Below, piece by piece: positions 61,074 through 64,000 of a stretch of 64,000 bases of DNA. The position numbers and the translations under genes are program-made. The stretch spans positions 31,519-95,518 of the forward strand of contig UQIL01000006.1 in assembly GCA_900541025.1 (NCBI GenBank), written 5' to 3'. Position 1 is the stretch's first letter; each line of letters begins with the position of its first letter. The stretch is from an uncultured Collinsella sp. (GTDB taxonomy: Bacteria > Actinomycetota > Coriobacteriia > Coriobacteriales > Coriobacteriaceae). The notes beneath the pieces were generated by a model. The model searched no databases. It had not been told where the DNA came from and was given only the letters and a program-made list of their open reading frames with translations.

Positions 61074-62276
61074 ATGCAGATTACCTCAGGCCTGCCTGAA
61101 GGCTTTAACGCCGGCGCGTACGACATGATTGTCGTCGGTGCTGGATATGCCGGTGCCGTTTGCGCCCGCCGTCTTGCCGAGACCATCGGCTATCGTGTTG
61201 CCGTTTTGGAGCGCCGTAGCCACATTGCGGGCAATGCCTATGACTGCACTGACGAGGCCGGAATCCTGATCCACGAGTACGGTCCGCATATCTATCACAC
61301 CTTTAACGAGCGCGTGCACAATTTCCTGTCGCGCTTTACCAAGTGGACGGATTATCAGCACAAGGTGCTCGCCAACATCAACGGCACCCTTATGCCCGTG
61401 CCCTTCAACCACGCGAGTCTCAAGCTCGCCTTTGGTGACGAGCGCGGCGAGGAGCTGTATCAGAAGCTCGTGGAGACCTTTGGCAAGGATGTCAAGGTGC
61501 CCATTATGGAGCTTCGTAAGAAGAACGACCCCGACTTGGCCGAGGTCGCCGATTACGTCTACGAGAACGTCTTTTTGCATTACACCATGAAGCAGTGGGG
61601 CCAGACGCCCGATCAGATCGACCCCTCGATCACCGGCCGCGTTCCCGTCTTTGTGGGCGATGATGACCGCTACTTCCCGCAAGCTCCCTTCCAGGGCATG
61701 CCGCAGGACGGCTATACCGCGCTGTTTGAGCATATGCTCGACCACGACCTGATCGACGTGTTCTGCGACGTGGACGCCCGCGATCTCTTTGAGATCGACG
61801 AGACCACCGTCAAGATCGATGGCAAGGTCTACGGCGGCGAGATTGTCTATACCGGTCCTCTCGATGAGCTGTTCAACCTCGACTTGGGTGCGTTGCCGTA
61901 CCGCACGCTCGATATGAAGTTCGAGACGCTCGATATGGACCAGTTCCAGCCCGTGGGCACCGTCAACTACACCACGAGCGAGGACTACACGCGTATCACC
62001 GAGTTCAAGAATATGACTGGTCAGGTCCTGCCCGGCAAGACCACCATCATGAAAGAGTACTCCAAGGCCTATACGCCCGGCTCGGGCGAGACGCCGTACT
62101 ACGCCATTCTTGAGCCCGAGAACCGTGAGCTCTATGAGCGCTATCTTGAGCGCGTCCAGAACCTGACGAACTTCCACCCGGTGGGTCGTCTGGCCGAGTA
62201 TCGTTACTACGATATGGACGCCGTGACCAATTCCGCCCTCGATCTTTCGGATGAGATTATCGCCTGCCATGCATAA
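61074..62276 (+). CDS. glf: UDP-galactopyranose mutase
   Basis: VVGAGYAG..CA, HEYGPHIYHT, and the C-terminal GRLAEYRYYDMD. SD AAGGAG. Confidence 0.9.
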   Translation: MQITSGLPEGFNAGAYDMIVVGAGYAGAVCARRLAETIGYRVAVLERRSHIAGNAYDCTDEAGILIHEYGPHIYHTFNERVHNFLSRFTKWTDYQHKVLANINGTLMPVPFNHASLKLAFGDERGEELYQKLVETFGKDVKVPIMELRKKNDPDLAEVADYVYENVFLHYTMKQWGQTPDQIDPSITGRVPVFVGDDDRYFPQAPFQGMPQDGYTALFEHMLDHDLIDVFCDVDARDLFEIDETTVKIDGKVYGGEIVYTGPLDELFNLDLGALPYRTLDMKFETLDMDQFQPVGTVNYTTSEDYTRITEFKNMTGQVLPGKTTIMKEYSKAYTPGSGETPYYAILEPENRELYERYLERVQNLTNFHPVGRLAEYRYYDMDAVTNSALDLSDEIIACHA

Positions 62277-63300
62277 AGTCATAACATTCGGTATTCCCTC
62301 GTATAACGCCGCCAAGGACATGGACCATTGCATCACCTCCATCTTGGAGGGGAGCAATTTCGCCACCGATATCGAGATTATCGTGGTGGACGACGGCTCC
62401 AAGGACGAGACGGCCGCCAAGGCCGACGAGTGGGAGGCCCGTTATCCTGGAATCATCCGCGCGGTGCACCAGGAGAATGGCGGTCACGGTATTGCCGTCC
62501 TTTCGGGTCTGCGCGAGGCGCAGGGCACCTACTACAAGGTTGTCGACTCGGACGACTGGCTTGACGGCGCTGCCCTTTCGACCATGCTGTCGATTCTGCG
62601 TGGCTTTGAGGAGCGCGACCAGCGCGTTGACCTGTTTATCTCGAACTACGTGTACGAGAAGGTTTACGAGGGCACGCATACCGCTATTGGCTACAAATTT
62701 GCCCTGCCGCGCAAAAAGATCTTTTCCTGGGATCAGATCGGTCATTTCCGCCTGGACCAGAACCTACTCATGCACAGCCTGTGCTATCGCACGGATGTGC
62801 TGCGCGAGTCCAACCTTCCCATGCCGCCGCACACGTTCTATGTGGACAACATCTACGCCTACGTGCCACTGCCGCGTTGCAAGACCATGTACTACGCCGA
62901 CATTGACCTCTACCGCTACTTTATCGGTCGCGAAGGTCAGAGCGTCAACGAGGCAACGATGGTCAAGCGTCTGGACCAGCAGTTCCGTGTTACGCGTATC
63001 ATGATGGAGTCGTACCACCTGTACAGCGATGTCGAGTCGTCGCGCCTGCGTTCGTACATGATGGGCTACTTCACCATGATGATGGCGATCTGCTCGGTGC
63101 TTACCAAGCTTTCCGAGGAAGATTGCGCCGACGAGCGCCTAAAGACGCTGTGGAATGATTTGAAGGCCTACGACGAGCGCATGTATCGTCGTGCCCGCTA
63201 CGGCGTGGTCGGCTTCTTCACCAACCTGCGTGGACGGGCCGGAGACAAAACCACGCTTGGCCTATACCGTCTTGCCTCAAAGATCTTCAAATTCAACTAG
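62269..63300 (+). CDS. family-2 glycosyltransferase
   Basis: ITFGIPSYNAAKDMDHCI, VVDDGSKDET, the DSDDW motif. The ATG overlaps the glf stop by 8 nt. Confidence 0.8.
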   Translation: MHKVITFGIPSYNAAKDMDHCITSILEGSNFATDIEIIVVDDGSKDETAAKADEWEARYPGIIRAVHQENGGHGIAVLSGLREAQGTYYKVVDSDDWLDGAALSTMLSILRGFEERDQRVDLFISNYVYEKVYEGTHTAIGYKFALPRKKIFSWDQIGHFRLDQNLLMHSLCYRTDVLRESNLPMPPHTFYVDNIYAYVPLPRCKTMYYADIDLYRYFIGREGQSVNEATMVKRLDQQFRVTRIMMESYHLYSDVESSRLRSYMMGYFTMMMAICSVLTKLSEEDCADERLKTLWNDLKAYDERMYRRARYGVVGFFTNLRGRAGDKTTLGLYRLASKIFKFN

Positions 63301-63332
63301 CTGCCGAGTAATCGCTGCTGATAGGTTGACTG

Positions 63333-63442
63333 GGCCCCTTGGCCTTTAGTTTGCTACTGCGAACAGTCCTGCTCGCACGGAAAGCACATTTAGTGCTTTC
63401 CGGCTCGTGCGGAACTTGTATCAAACTAAAGGCCAAGGGGCC
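63333..63442. repeat. 110-nt nested inverted repeat (21-bp perfect outer arms plus an inner imperfect hairpin)
   Basis: GGCCCCTTGGCCTTTAGTTTG (63333-63353) is the reverse complement of 63422-63442. Inner hairpin: CGCACGGAAAGCAC...GTGCTTTCCGgctcGTGCG. Confidence 0.7.
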
Positions 63443-63550
63443 TCTGCTATAAGAATCGATTGTCAGGTTATTTGAATTTGAAGATCTTCGACGCGCGGTA
63501 CACAGGGGGCTGGGCTGAAAAAATATTAGTTGGTAGTCGGTCGAGTGAGA

Positions 63551-64000
63551 TTACTTCGCAGCACCTGGGATTCCGTGGGAGGTTTTGGCGGTTTTGGCTC
63601 CGTTTACGATGGCGGTCTGTAGGGCCCTTACGGCGAGCATGCCCAGCAGGTCTAGGGGAACGGCGGCGCTTGCCTGGGCGCCCAGTTTGCCGCTGGCGAG
63701 GGTGTAGATGGTGTCGCCGTCGTTGGTGGTGTGCGTGGGACGGATGGCGTGTGCGTAGGCGTCTGCGGCCATCTGGGAGACCTTGGTGGCTTGTGCCTTA
63801 GTGAGTTCCACGTTGGTGACGATGCAGCTGATGGTGGTGTTGGTGCGGTCGAGCGGCATCTGCATGGATCCGGCGGCGGCAAAGGCTGCGAGTTCCATGT
63901 CGACGATTTGGTCGCTATCGGCTGCGGCGCGCATACCGGCGACCCACTCGCCGGTGAAGGGGTCGACAACGTTGCCGCAGGCGTTGACCGAGACCACGGC
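63551..64000 (-). CDS. S58/P1-family (DmpA-like) aminopeptidase, C-terminal part (gene continues past the right edge)
   Basis: ...NTTISCIVTN..L....A.K...MA.D......P.HT..DGDT... pattern. The ORF is open at the window end. Confidence 0.7.
   Translation of the reverse strand, partial: AVVSVNACGNVVDPFTGEWVAGMRAAADSDQIVDMELAAFAAAGSMQMPLDRTNTTISCIVTNVELTKAQATKVSQMAADAYAHAIRPTHTTNDGDTIYTLASGKLGAQASAAVPLDLLGMLAVRALQTAIVNGAKTAKTSHGIPGAAK

Noticed and set aside
1-64000. CRISPR arrays, rRNA and tRNA genes
   Set aside because: No regularly spaced direct repeats with unique spacers and no cloverleaf- or rRNA-like conserved stretches were noticed in any intergenic region. This by-eye scan cannot exclude a tRNA with certainty.

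Overview
GC-rich, gene-dense bacterial chromosome segment. Gene content suggests an anaerobic, Gram-positive, Actinobacteria/Coriobacteriia-like organism: LPXTG anchor, ECF transporter, Ldh/Ack/Pta fermentation genes, D-aspartate ligase plus racemase. That taxonomic guess is inference only. No rRNA, tRNA or CRISPR array was seen. From left to right the window holds: (1) the edge of a conjugative-element-like module (VirD4/TraG coupling protein start, ClpP-like protease, unknown gene, 4x iteron-like repeats). (2) Two HAD phosphatases. (3) An 11.4 kb GntR-headed fructosamine (frl-like) catabolic locus with extra amidohydrolases, a second kinase, and YjbQ, BtpA and FGGY kinase genes. (4) Housekeeping genes: tatD, tcdA, arsR-sdpI, ettA, nadE, an aminotransferase and ldh. 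(5) A small accessory patch: DUF2974 hydrolase, NdpA-like nucleoid protein and a Phd/RelE TA pair. (6) A lysine-riboswitch-controlled operon encoding an in-frame LysA-DapA fusion, DapB and DapH, divergent from an M20 deacetylase. (7) A lower-GC islet: HigBA, small membrane proteins, an amber-interrupted FxLYD gene, and an HTH protein plus membrane Ser/Thr kinase. (8) Cell-wall genes: coiled-coil GH73-like hydrolase, D-Asp ligase and Asp racemase. (9) A complete ECF transporter (fused A-A, T, two paralogous TrpP-like S subunits). It is preceded by what I read as a ribosome-mediated tryptophan attenuator, a 22-codon leader with WWW. This is the most interesting signal in the window. (10) An LPXTG C69 dipeptidase, a DAG-kinase-like lipid kinase, rnd, xseAB, HIT, tandem ackA paralogs convergent with pta, glf, a GT2 gene and a partial S58 peptidase. 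Several convergent-gene junctions carry unusually long perfect nested inverted repeats, and a roughly 40-nt hairpin-containing repeat occurs after two unrelated genes. All calls come from reading the sequence and ORF track by eye and from remembered family motifs. No searches were run.
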